Of a stretch of DNA of 64,000 nt, positions 9,553 through 17,419 are shown one piece after another. This stretch comes from Planctomycetota bacterium (GTDB taxonomy: Bacteria; Planctomycetota; PLA2; JAEUHO01), in NCBI GenBank assembly GCA_965223505.1, contig CBDCWP010000031.1, positions 64,001 through 128,000 on the forward strand, in the 5' to 3' direction. Every line of letters starts with the position of its first letter. Position 1 is the stretch's first letter. Made by a program: the position numbers and the translations under genes. Below the pieces are notes generated by a model. That model was not told the origin of the DNA, searched no databases, and saw nothing but the letters and a program-made list of their open reading frames with translations.

Positions 9553-10502
9553 CGACCGCGCCGTAGGTGAACGACGGGATAGGTCTGCAGAACCAGGTCG
9601 AGATTCGGGTGTCGTCCGAGGAGGTCACCCACCCGCTTGGGGTCGACCGCCGCCTGACGCGCTTCGATGCGCTGGATGTCGGGGTTGAGCTCGATCAGCC
9701 GCGTGAGTCCATCGTGTGTGATCAGCGTGCGGTCGATCTCGAGGTGACGCAGGCTCGACATCCGTCCGATCCACTCGATCGCGGTGTCGTCGACCGAGAT
9801 GCCGTTGAGCTTCAGCGTCTGCAGGCGGTCCATGTGGGGGAGCCGGTCGAAGTCGCGCGGCGCGACCTTCGTGTCGGTCAGATGAAGCGATAGCAGATCC
9901 GAGCGGATGTGCGCCAGGCCCTTGCCGGTGACGTTCGTTGCGCGCAAGTCGAGATGGTCGAGGGGAATCTGCGCCAGGACGGCGAGGTCGTCGTCGGTGA
10001 TGTTCGTGCCGTGAAGACTCAGGCTCTTCAGGTTCGGCAGCGAGGCGAGCAGCTCGAGGTCGGCCGGTGTGAGCGTGGCGCCCTTCAGGCTGATGTTGCG
10101 AAGCTCTTCGAGCTCGACGCGGCTGAAGGCGCGCATGCGCTCCAAGAGCGCCTGACCAGCGGGTGGTGCTTTTTCGTCGCTCGCAGAAGGCGATGCAGCC
10201 GGCTGCGGACCAGCGTCGGTAGCGGGCACGAGCCGAGCGAGCCGCGCCGTCTCCCGCCTGCTCTCTTCCAGCGCCTGCTCGAGCTCTTCGATGCGCCCGT
10301 GAAGCGCGTCCGGATCGTCGTCCCCGAGCTGGCGTCGCTCCGGTTCCAGCGTCGGCGCCACGGCGCGCGAATCGAGACCGTGGTCGGCGGACGAAGCCGG
10401 CAGCTGCGAATCCGGCGTGCGCTGCGATCGACCGAGCGCCCACCCGACCCCGACACAGATGACGACGACGACGCCGATAGCGATGACCTTGCCTGCGGTC
10501 AT
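9549..10502 (-). CDS. Membrane-anchored leucine-rich-repeat protein
   Basis: MTAGKVIAIGVVV TM, coiled coil, LxxLxLxGTxITDxxL repeats; SD GGAGG upstream. Confidence 0.85.
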   Translation of the reverse strand: MTAGKVIAIGVVVVICVGVGWALGRSQRTPDSQLPASSADHGLDSRAVAPTLEPERRQLGDDDPDALHGRIEELEQALEESRRETARLARLVPATDAGPQPAASPSASDEKAPPAGQALLERMRAFSRVELEELRNISLKGATLTPADLELLASLPNLKSLSLHGTNITDDDLAVLAQIPLDHLDLRATNVTGKGLAHIRSDLLSLHLTDTKVAPRDFDRLPHMDRLQTLKLNGISVDDTAIEWIGRMSSLRHLEIDRTLITHDGLTRLIELNPDIQRIEARQAAVDPKRVGDLLGRHPNLDLVLQTYPVVHLRRGR

Positions 10503-10579
10503 GCGTCCTCCGGCAAGATCATACGCCGTTCGCAAGGGTCGAACGACCCGGCAGGGGGGCGCGCTCGCGGCGCTCGCCG

Positions 10580-11572
10580 CTAGCCGAGCGCGAGCATGCG
10601 CTCGACGGGCTTCAGCGCGCGGATGCGGATGTCTTCCGGCACCGTGATCTCCGGCTGGAGGTCGCGCAGCGCCGTGTACAGCTTCTCGAGCGTGTTGAGG
10701 CGCATGTACGGACAGACCGCACAATTGCAGCCCGAGCTCGGCTCGGCGCAGATGATCTTCACGCCCGGGCGCTTCTGACGCATCTGATGCGTCACGCCCA
10801 TCTCCGTGGCCACGATGAACTCGTCGCAGGACATGTCCGTCACGACGTGACTGATCAGCTGCGACGTGGACCCGATGAAGTCGGCCATGTTCAGCACGGC
10901 CTGCTCGCACTCCGGGTGCGCGACGAGCTGCGCGTTCGGATGTTCGTTCTTCATGCGCTGCATCTGACGCGCGGTGAACTGCTCGTGCACGACGCAGAAG
11001 CCGGGCCACAGCACCATCTCGCGACCGGAGTGCTTCTGTACCCAGCGGCCGAGGTGCCGGTCGGGCGCGAAGACGATCTTCTTGTCCTTCGGCAACGACT
11101 CGACGACACGAACGGCGTTCGACGACGTGCAGATGATGTCGCTCATCGCCTTGATTGCCGCGGACGTGTTGATGTAGCTGACGACCAGGTGGTCGGGATA
11201 CTGCTCCATCCATTCCGCGAACAGGTCCGGCGGGCAACGGTCCGCCAGGCTGCAGCCGGCGTCCGAGTCCGGCATGACGACCGTCTTCTCGGGGTTGAGG
11301 ATCTTGGCGGTCTCCGCCATGAAGTGCACACCGCAGAAGGCGATGACGTCCGCGTCGGTCTTGGCGGCCTGCTGTGAGAGTCCCAGGCTGTCGCCGACGT
11401 AATCGGCCAGATCCTGGATCTCGGTGTCCTGGTAGTAGTGCGCCAGGACGACCGCGTTGCGCTCTTTGCGTAGGCGCGCGATCTCCGCCTCGACGTCGAG
11501 GGCGGGGTCGAACGCTTCCCGGTCCGGAATGGCGGTGGGTAGCGGCATCTGCGGGACGGCTTGGGGACTCAT
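10580..11572 (-). CDS. nadA: Quinolinate synthase A
   Basis: VLAHYYQ, GDSL, FCGVHFMAETAKILNP, AGCSLA, YINTS, C.VH, AHPEC, CPYM motifs. Confidence 0.97.
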   Translation of the reverse strand: MSPQAVPQMPLPTAIPDREAFDPALDVEAEIARLRKERNAVVLAHYYQDTEIQDLADYVGDSLGLSQQAAKTDADVIAFCGVHFMAETAKILNPEKTVVMPDSDAGCSLADRCPPDLFAEWMEQYPDHLVVSYINTSAAIKAMSDIICTSSNAVRVVESLPKDKKIVFAPDRHLGRWVQKHSGREMVLWPGFCVVHEQFTARQMQRMKNEHPNAQLVAHPECEQAVLNMADFIGSTSQLISHVVTDMSCDEFIVATEMGVTHQMRQKRPGVKIICAEPSSGCNCAVCPYMRLNTLEKLYTALRDLQPEITVPEDIRIRALKPVERMLALG

Positions 11573-11607
11573 GGCCCCCAAGGATACGGGGTCCGCGCGG
11601 CTCAGGG

Positions 11608-12276
11608 CTACCGATCCGCAGTGCGGTCCGCCTCGAGCTTCGGAAGCGCGCCCGTTTCGAACGGCCCGCCCGGCAGCAGGTCGTTGGCGTGCGCGAGGAG
11701 GCGCGGCAACACCTCGTCGATCGTGATCGGGCGCTGTAGCTGCCTCGCCATCGAGGTCATCACCTTGCCGTCGAGTCCGCAGGGGTTGAACGTCTCGAAC
11801 GGTGCGAGGTCCGTCGCGACGTTGAGCGCGAGACCGTGCCAGGTGACCCAACGGCGTACGGCGATGCCGAGGCTCTGGATCTTTTGCAGGCCGATCCAGA
11901 CGCCGGTGAGTCCGTCGCGCCGCCCGGCCTCGATCCCGAAGTCGGCCAGGGTGCGGATGCCGATCTCTTCGAGGTCGCGCTGGAACGCATGCAGGTCGCG
12001 GCGCGCCTGCGTGAGATGGATGATCGGGTACGCGACGAGCTGGCCGGGACCGTGATAGGTCGCTTCGCCGCCGCGCTCGACCTTGACGATCGGAAAGCGC
12101 TCGTCGTAGTCGGCCCCGTCGGGCGTCTTGCGGCCGAGCGTGATGACGTGCTCGTGCTCGCCCGTGAGCAGCAGGTTCGGGATCCGATCTTCCGCGCGCG
12201 CGACCACGAGTCGCTGCTGCAACGCGTGCAGCTCGGCGTACGGCGCCGTGCCCCAGTGATGGTGCAGGCCGCCCAC
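11608..12276 (-). CDS. lipB: Lipoyl(octanoyl) transferase
   Basis: EH..VITLG, RGGEATYHGPGQLVAYPI, TGVW...KI.SLGI, HGLALNV, NPCG. Confidence 0.96.
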   Translation of the reverse strand: MGGLHHHWGTAPYAELHALQQRLVVARAEDRIPNLLLTGEHEHVITLGRKTPDGADYDERFPIVKVERGGEATYHGPGQLVAYPIIHLTQARRDLHAFQRDLEEIGIRTLADFGIEAGRRDGLTGVWIGLQKIQSLGIAVRRWVTWHGLALNVATDLAPFETFNPCGLDGKVMTSMARQLQRPITIDEVLPRLLAHANDLLPGGPFETGALPKLEADRTADR

Positions 12277-12279
12277 CGG

Positions 12280-13320
12280 CTATGCCTTCGTCTTGGTGAA
12301 AGCCGCCTCTTCGACGAGATCGACGAACGCCTCGGGTTCGACGCGTGCGTTCGCGGCGCCGACACCCAGCTCTTCGATGAGGTAGCGCGTGCCGACCGCG
12401 TTGTCGGTCGCAGGACCGGCGATGACGTCGATCGCGAGATCGTGCTCCTGCAGCCACTTGACGCCGCCCCAAGCCGCGACGAGGTCGTTGGCCGTGAGCA
12501 CGTGCGCCTGGATGAGGGAGCGGAACTCGGCGTCGCGCAGGATCGAGTCGACGCCGTACTGCCCGATGATGCCGTCGCCCATCTCGGCGACGATCACGTC
12601 GAGCTCGACGTCGGCTTGCGACGGCATGGAGCGCAGCACGCGCTTGGCGACGGGCGCGACGTCGTCGAGCCCGGCGGTCGTGGGATAGCCGCACTCGAGG
12701 AACGTCAGCACCGCGGCCGCGCCGTGGTCGACCATGTTCAGCGGATCGCGTACGGCGGCGATGCCGGTCAGCTTCGCGCCGCCGCACGCATAGCCGCGCT
12801 GCGACAGGCGCGAGATGATCTCGCAAGCCGCGACGGTCTTGCCGGAGTTCATGCAGGTCCCGGAGACGACGACGACCGGCGGGATGGGCGTGTCCGGGTC
12901 CGGTTCCGGCACGGCCGCGTCGGCGATGTTCAACCCCTTGCCTTCGTGCGTGACCATGCCGAGCACCTCGACGCGCAGCGGATGGCCGACGTCGCGGTTC
13001 TCGCTGACGGCTTCGCCGAGCACGCCGCCGAGGTTGAGCAGGTTGATGGTGTCGCCGGCCTTCAACGATTGCGGCACGCGCCCCACGAAGCCACGCAGCG
13101 CGTCGCGGCGACCCAGCGCGCCGACGAGAACGTCGCCCTTGCCCACGTGCGCCATCCGGCCGGTGTTGAGCTCCATCAGGTCGTAGACGCGCTTCTCTTC
13201 GAGCGCGCGCACGACGAGCACCTGTCCGCTGCGGCAGTCGATGCGGCGCGTGAACGTGACTTCGGGACCGAGGTCGAGCGTGTGCACGACACTGGCGATC
13301 TTGTGCGGGCGGATCTTCAC
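12280..13320 (-). CDS. DUF1611-like P-loop protein
   Basis: GTG start overlapping the argG stop (GTGA); GALG.R.AL.G, SGTCMNSGKT P-loop, KLTG...RD...M.D.GA, EMGDGI. Confidence 0.75.
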   Translation of the reverse strand: MKIRPHKIASVVHTLDLGPEVTFTRRIDCRSGQVLVVRALEEKRVYDLMELNTGRMAHVGKGDVLVGALGRRDALRGFVGRVPQSLKAGDTINLLNLGGVLGEAVSENRDVGHPLRVEVLGMVTHEGKGLNIADAAVPEPDPDTPIPPVVVVSGTCMNSGKTVAACEIISRLSQRGYACGGAKLTGIAAVRDPLNMVDHGAAAVLTFLECGYPTTAGLDDVAPVAKRVLRSMPSQADVELDVIVAEMGDGIIGQYGVDSILRDAEFRSLIQAHVLTANDLVAAWGGVKWLQEHDLAIDVIAGPATDNAVGTRYLIEELGVGAANARVEPEAFVDLVEEAAFTKTKA

Positions 13321-14528
13321 GACGTTCCCTTCGCGCGTTCGGCCGCGCGCCGGGCGAGCGCCGACGGAATGCCGTAGAGCCGGGCGAAGCCCGCGGCCTC
13401 CTCTCCCGTCCAGCCGGTGGCCTCCTCGCCGTAGACGGCGATCTCGGGATCCATGAGCGAGTGCGGCGAGCGCGCGCCGACGATGGTGCACGACCCGCGG
13501 TGCAGCTTCACGCGTACGTCGCCCGTCACACGTTCGTTGGCGCTGTCGAGGAACGCCTCGAGATCGCGCATGACCGGGTCGTAGAACTGCGCTTCGTGCA
13601 TGAGATTGCCGTAGAAGCTGCCGAGCGTCTCGCGCCAGTAGCTCTGCCAGCGTGTCTGCACGAGCTTCTCGAGGTCGCGATGCGCCTGGATGAGGATGAG
13701 CGGGCCGGGCGCTTCGAAGGCGAGCCGTCCCTTGACGCCGAGGATGGTGTCGCCGAGGTGGATGCCGCGCCCGACGCCGTGGGGGCGAGCGCGCTCGTTC
13801 AAGGCCGCGACGATGGCGACGCCGTCCATGGCGACGCCGTCGAGCGAGATCGGCAGGCCTTGCTCGAAGCCGATGACGAGTTCCTCGGGCTCGGCATCGG
13901 CGGACTCCGGCGCTTCGGTCATCGTGTAGGCGCGGTCGGGCGGAACCTGCCAGGTGTCGTGCGTCTCCTTGCCGCCGATGGTGGTGCCGAAGAGACCCTC
14001 GTTGATGGAGTACTCGACGGTCTTCGCATCGATGTCGAAGCCGCGCTCGGCCAGCCAGTCGCTCTCCTGCTGCCGGGACCAGTTGAGGTCGCGGATGGGG
14101 GCGTGGATGGTGAGCTTCGGATCGAGCGCGCGAATGGCGACGTCGAAGCGGATCTGATCGTTGCCGGCGCGGGTGGAGCCGTGGGCGACGGCATCGGCGC
14201 CGACGTCGTGGGCGACCTGGACGACGGCTTCGGCCTGGGCGGTGCGCTCGGCGCCGACGGAGACGGGGTAGACGCCGCCGCGCAGACAGTTGCCCTTGAT
14301 GAGGTAGGCGACGAAGCGGTCGTAGACGTCTTGCTTGGCGTCGACGACGCGGTGCTCGGACACGCCGAGGGCTTTGGCGCGGTCGGCGATGTCGGCGAGC
14401 TCGCGGTCGGAGAAGCCGCCGGTGTCGACGGTGACGGTGACGATGTCGGCGCCGGTCTGTTCGCGCAGGTAGATCGCGCAGAAGGTGGTGTCGAGGCCAC
14501 CGGAGAATGCGAGGACGATCTTCGACAC
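13317..14528 (-). CDS. argG: Argininosuccinate synthase
   Basis: KIVLAFSGGLDT PP-loop, AHGST..GNDQIRFD, G+G...GDTILG.KGR..FEAP. Confidence 0.96.
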   Translation of the reverse strand: MSKIVLAFSGGLDTTFCAIYLREQTGADIVTVTVDTGGFSDRELADIADRAKALGVSEHRVVDAKQDVYDRFVAYLIKGNCLRGGVYPVSVGAERTAQAEAVVQVAHDVGADAVAHGSTRAGNDQIRFDVAIRALDPKLTIHAPIRDLNWSRQQESDWLAERGFDIDAKTVEYSINEGLFGTTIGGKETHDTWQVPPDRAYTMTEAPESADAEPEELVIGFEQGLPISLDGVAMDGVAIVAALNERARPHGVGRGIHLGDTILGVKGRLAFEAPGPLILIQAHRDLEKLVQTRWQSYWRETLGSFYGNLMHEAQFYDPVMRDLEAFLDSANERVTGDVRVKLHRGSCTIVGARSPHSLMDPEIAVYGEEATGWTGEEAAGFARLYGIPSALARRAAERAKGTS

Positions 14529-14631
14529 GGGGGGGTGGGCTCCGAATTGCCCGGAAACGGGGGCGAACCCGAGATGGTAGTCCGGGGGCCGAATTGGCGC
14601 ACGGAAATGGGGCGTGCTGACAGATTCGCCG

Positions 14632-14891
14632 TACGCCGGCACTCCGGCTTCGCCTGCGTGCCTTGCTACCCCCCAAACCCGGTTTGGGGCAACCCCGAAT
14701 TGAGGACCGGGGCGATTCGACTCCAGCCTTCATCACCCGCGCGTAGGGACTCGAACCCCTCGACTTCCGCGCTTTGCGCTCCAGCCAAGGGAACCCCATC
14801 GCTTCTTCAGGGGGGAACTGTGTAGTTCCCCCCTACGCCGGCACTCCGGCTCCGCCTACGTGCCTTGCTACCCCCCAAACCCGGTTTGGGG
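14632..14891. repeat. Two 58-bp direct repeats (14632-14689 and 14834-14891) with internal palindromes; part of a tRNA-linked tandem repeat
   Basis: TACGCCGGCACTCCGGCT(T/C)CGCCT(G/A)CGTGCCTTGCTACCCCCCAAACCCGGTTTGGGG, 56/58 identical. Confidence 0.92.
14738..14759 (-). repeat. 22-bp duplicate of the tRNA-Arg 3' part (T-arm plus acceptor strand)
   Basis: CGCGCGTAGGGACTCGAACCCC identical to 14955-14976. Confidence 0.9.
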
Positions 14892-14912
14892 TTCACCACC
14901 GAATTGTGAAGA

Positions 14913-14940
14913 CGGAGGCCGGCTCGCTCTCCGGCCTCCG
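14913..14940 (-). terminator. Hairpin downstream of tRNA-Arg, possible intrinsic terminator
   Basis: 10-bp stem CGGAGGCCGG/CCGGCCTCCG with 8-nt loop, followed on the minus strand by TCTTCACAATT (weak U-tract). Confidence 0.55.
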
Positions 14941-14949
14941 CCACGAATT

Positions 14950-15026
14950 TGGTACGCGCGTAGGGACTCGAACCCCAAACCTCCTGATCCGTAGTCAGGT
15001 GCTCTATCCAATTGAGCTACGCGCGC
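14950..15026 (-). tRNA. tRNA-Arg (anticodon ACG)
   Basis: GCGCGCGTAGCTCAATTGGATAGAGCACCTGACTACGGATCAGGAGGTTTGGGGTTCGAGTCCCTACGCGCGTACCA; 77-nt cloverleaf with encoded CCA. Confidence 0.98.
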
Positions 15027-15243
15027 ACGTGAACTCAGCGAGGGCGGACCTTACTGCCGCCCCACGAACCCGGCAAGGACGGCCCCGACCGCTCCACCGA
15101 CCCCCCGGCAACGTCCCGCAATCAACCCCGGCTGGTAGAGGCACCCCGCCGACGCCATGCCGTTCCTTTCGGCCTCTCGCCGGCGGCGAAATGGATTCCA
15201 GCGGATTCGGCCATTGCTGTTGTTCAGCCCGTACTACTCGATC

Positions 15244-16065
15244 ATGAGAACTGCATTTGTCTGCTACGACCGCTCGCAGCGCCACACGGTGGAAGCGCTG
15301 GCGAAAGACATCAGGTCCCTCGGTTGGGACCCCTGGTTCGACCGGGAAATCAAGCCGTCCGACAACTGGTGGCCACGGATCCTCGAGAAGAGTAGGACGT
15401 GCGACGTCTTCATCTATGCCTTCTCCGCCGAGTCGGCGTCATCCGAAGCCTGCGACGTCGAGTCGAGATGGGCAGCCGACTGCGACCGGATCCTCCTGCC
15501 GGTTCAACTCGAGTCGGGGTCGATCTCCGGACTGCCGGCCTTCGCCGCCAGTAGACAGGCCATCAAGTACGAGCCGGACTCGAGGACCTCGCTCAAGCAA
15601 CTGGAAGATGCGCTCGCCGGCATCCCACCGACGCCGCCGCAACCCGAGCCGCTTCCGCCCGCGCCGGATCCACCGGGCTTCCTCGTGAACAGCATCAACG
15701 AGCTCGCAGGCAGCTCGACACCCGATCCGAAAGAGCAGCAAGGTCTGGTTGACAGCGCTGCCAAGCGCAACTGGCGTGAGGAGGAGATCGATGATGCGAT
15801 CACGGCACTTCGCCGGTTACGGGGCAACCCCGTCGTCATCGGAACGGTGCGAGACAAGATCGATCGAGTTCTCGCCGACCTCACCGAACGGCGGTCCCCG
15901 GCCGATGCCGTCGAGTTTCAGGAGGTCACGCTACCGGATCCGCCCGAGCTCCCCGATGATGACGCACTCGTCGTCGTCGAGGAGAAGAAAGAGACGAGCG
16001 CGCTCGAGGTCATCGGCGGGATCGTCGTCGTCCTCTTCATCCTCGGCATGATGCAGAGTTGCTAA
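15244..16065 (+). CDS. TIR-domain protein with Pro-rich linker, helical domain and C-terminal TM anchor
   Basis: AFVCYDR...WDPWFDREI....WW..I....CDVFIYAFS.ES..SEAC.VE TIR_2 pattern; terminal hydrophobic helix. Confidence 0.85.
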   Translation: MRTAFVCYDRSQRHTVEALAKDIRSLGWDPWFDREIKPSDNWWPRILEKSRTCDVFIYAFSAESASSEACDVESRWAADCDRILLPVQLESGSISGLPAFAASRQAIKYEPDSRTSLKQLEDALAGIPPTPPQPEPLPPAPDPPGFLVNSINELAGSSTPDPKEQQGLVDSAAKRNWREEEIDDAITALRRLRGNPVVIGTVRDKIDRVLADLTERRSPADAVEFQEVTLPDPPELPDDDALVVVEEKKETSALEVIGGIVVVLFILGMMQSC

Positions 16066-17267
16066 CGGGACAAACGTCGCAGGACGTCCGCCGGGATCTT
16101 CGGGCGGCCCGCCGCGTCGCCCTTCGAGAGCTCGAGCACGTACTTCGCCCGGAAGAGCATCTCGTCCACCATCGGATTGTTCGTCATCGTCGTCACCTGG
16201 CTCGGCAGCTTGCGCTCGATGCTGATCGAGATCCGCACCACCAGGCCGGTCTCGGGGTTCACGTAGAACGTCCCAACGATCTGCTTGACGGCCAGTCGAA
16301 TCGCGGCGGCCACGGTCATGCCGGTCGCCGGGTCCTGAATGAGCGAGTCGTCGAACGTCGTCCTGAATCCGTCGCAGCGAACGTCGCCGATCAGGCTCGG
16401 GTTGTCGGCCTCGACGCCGTCGCCGGACTCGATCGCCGCGGCGAGGTCCGTGAAGCCCAGAATGCCCTTCAGCTCGCGCGCGAAGCCGGCGACGGGGGGC
16501 GCGCTCGTGCCCTCCCACGTGTGGCGTTGGATGACCCGCTCGACCTTGCGGTACACGTCCAGCTTGCCGGCTTCGGTCTCGATCGATGCGCTCGTCACAC
16601 CGTCGCGCGTGATCCACGCTTCGAAGGGCCCATCCGGACCGCTGCCGAAAGGGTTCATGCCGCCGGGGAACGGCGAGATCCGCGTCACGCGCGCGTCGAT
16701 CGCGATGTCGTCCAACGCCGCGGTCTTGCGAAGCGCGGCAACGAGCTTCTGCTTGTGCTCCGGCGCCGGTCGCGGAGCGTCCGGCGTGGCTTCAGCCGAC
16801 CCGTCGTCCTTCTTGGGGTCCTGCTGGACGCCCTTGAAGCGTGCCCACGCGTCGTCGAGGATGGCGAGCATGCGTTTGGGCGCCAATCCGACGGTGACCT
16901 CACCCTTGCCCTCGAACAGCAGGTTGCCGTCGTTGTCGATGAGCAGGAAGTTGCTGGCGACGGACGTGCGCTTGTCCGCGAGCTTCCAGGCGTCCTTTCC
17001 CGTGACGCTGTCGTCGATGTCGATGGCGACGGCGCGCTCGTTGATCTGCTTGACGACCGAGGCATCCGTGAACAGCCCACCGGGCTTCATCATCTCCTTG
17101 CCGGGTCAGGTCGCCGGTCCGGTGATGAAGACGAGCAGCAGCTTGCCGTCGGCCTTTGCTTGCGCCACGGCTTCGGGAACGTCCCGGCGCCACTTGACCT
17201 CGTCGGCTGCGTAGGCGGCGGTTCCAGCGAGCAGGATCAACATCGACAGGCAAGCGGCGCGCTTCAT
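16062..17267 (-). CDS. Secreted thioredoxin-fold protein with in-frame UGA (17106-17108), candidate selenoprotein
   Basis: Signal peptide, VKW.RD..EA.A.AKADGKLLLVFITGPAT-UGA-PGKEMM...LFTD.SV.K.INE.AVAIDID, continuing in frame into ORF 16062-17093; SD GGGAGA before ATG 17267. Confidence 0.75.
17069..17089 (-). promoter_or_regulatory. Candidate bacterial SECIS hairpin
   Basis: UGAA-GCCC-GGU-GGGC-UG-UUCA; apical loop begins with G, 24 nt after the UGA. Confidence 0.55.
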
Positions 17268-17419
17268 GGTGTTCTCCCGGACAGCTGCATGCACCGTCCT
17301 AGACGCATTTGACACGCCCGCTGTTGGTCCTGCCGCGCGGAGGTCGGCAGAAAGTCCCGGCTGTGCGGCGCCTCGTCCGACCCTGTACCCTCTGGGTCGC
17401 TCTGGCGGAGAGGTGCTCG

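Noticed and set aside
10580..14799. Long N-terminal extensions of nadA (to 12826), DUF1611 (to 14799), LRR gene (to 11237), permease (from 6799) and atl (to 28843)
   Set aside because: Extensions are Arg-rich alternative frames of neighbouring genes; starts reassigned by motif onset, SD and stop/start overlaps.
14542..14906. CCGAATTG repeats as ArgR boxes
   Set aside because: They lack the AT-rich palindromic ARG-box form; two of the four are explained by the tandem duplication.
14632..14976. tRNA 3' duplication as attL/attR of a prophage or island, or the 58-bp repeats as a CRISPR array
   Set aside because: The tRNA copies are only about 217 bp apart with no integrase between; only two repeat copies with a 144-bp gap, unlike CRISPR.
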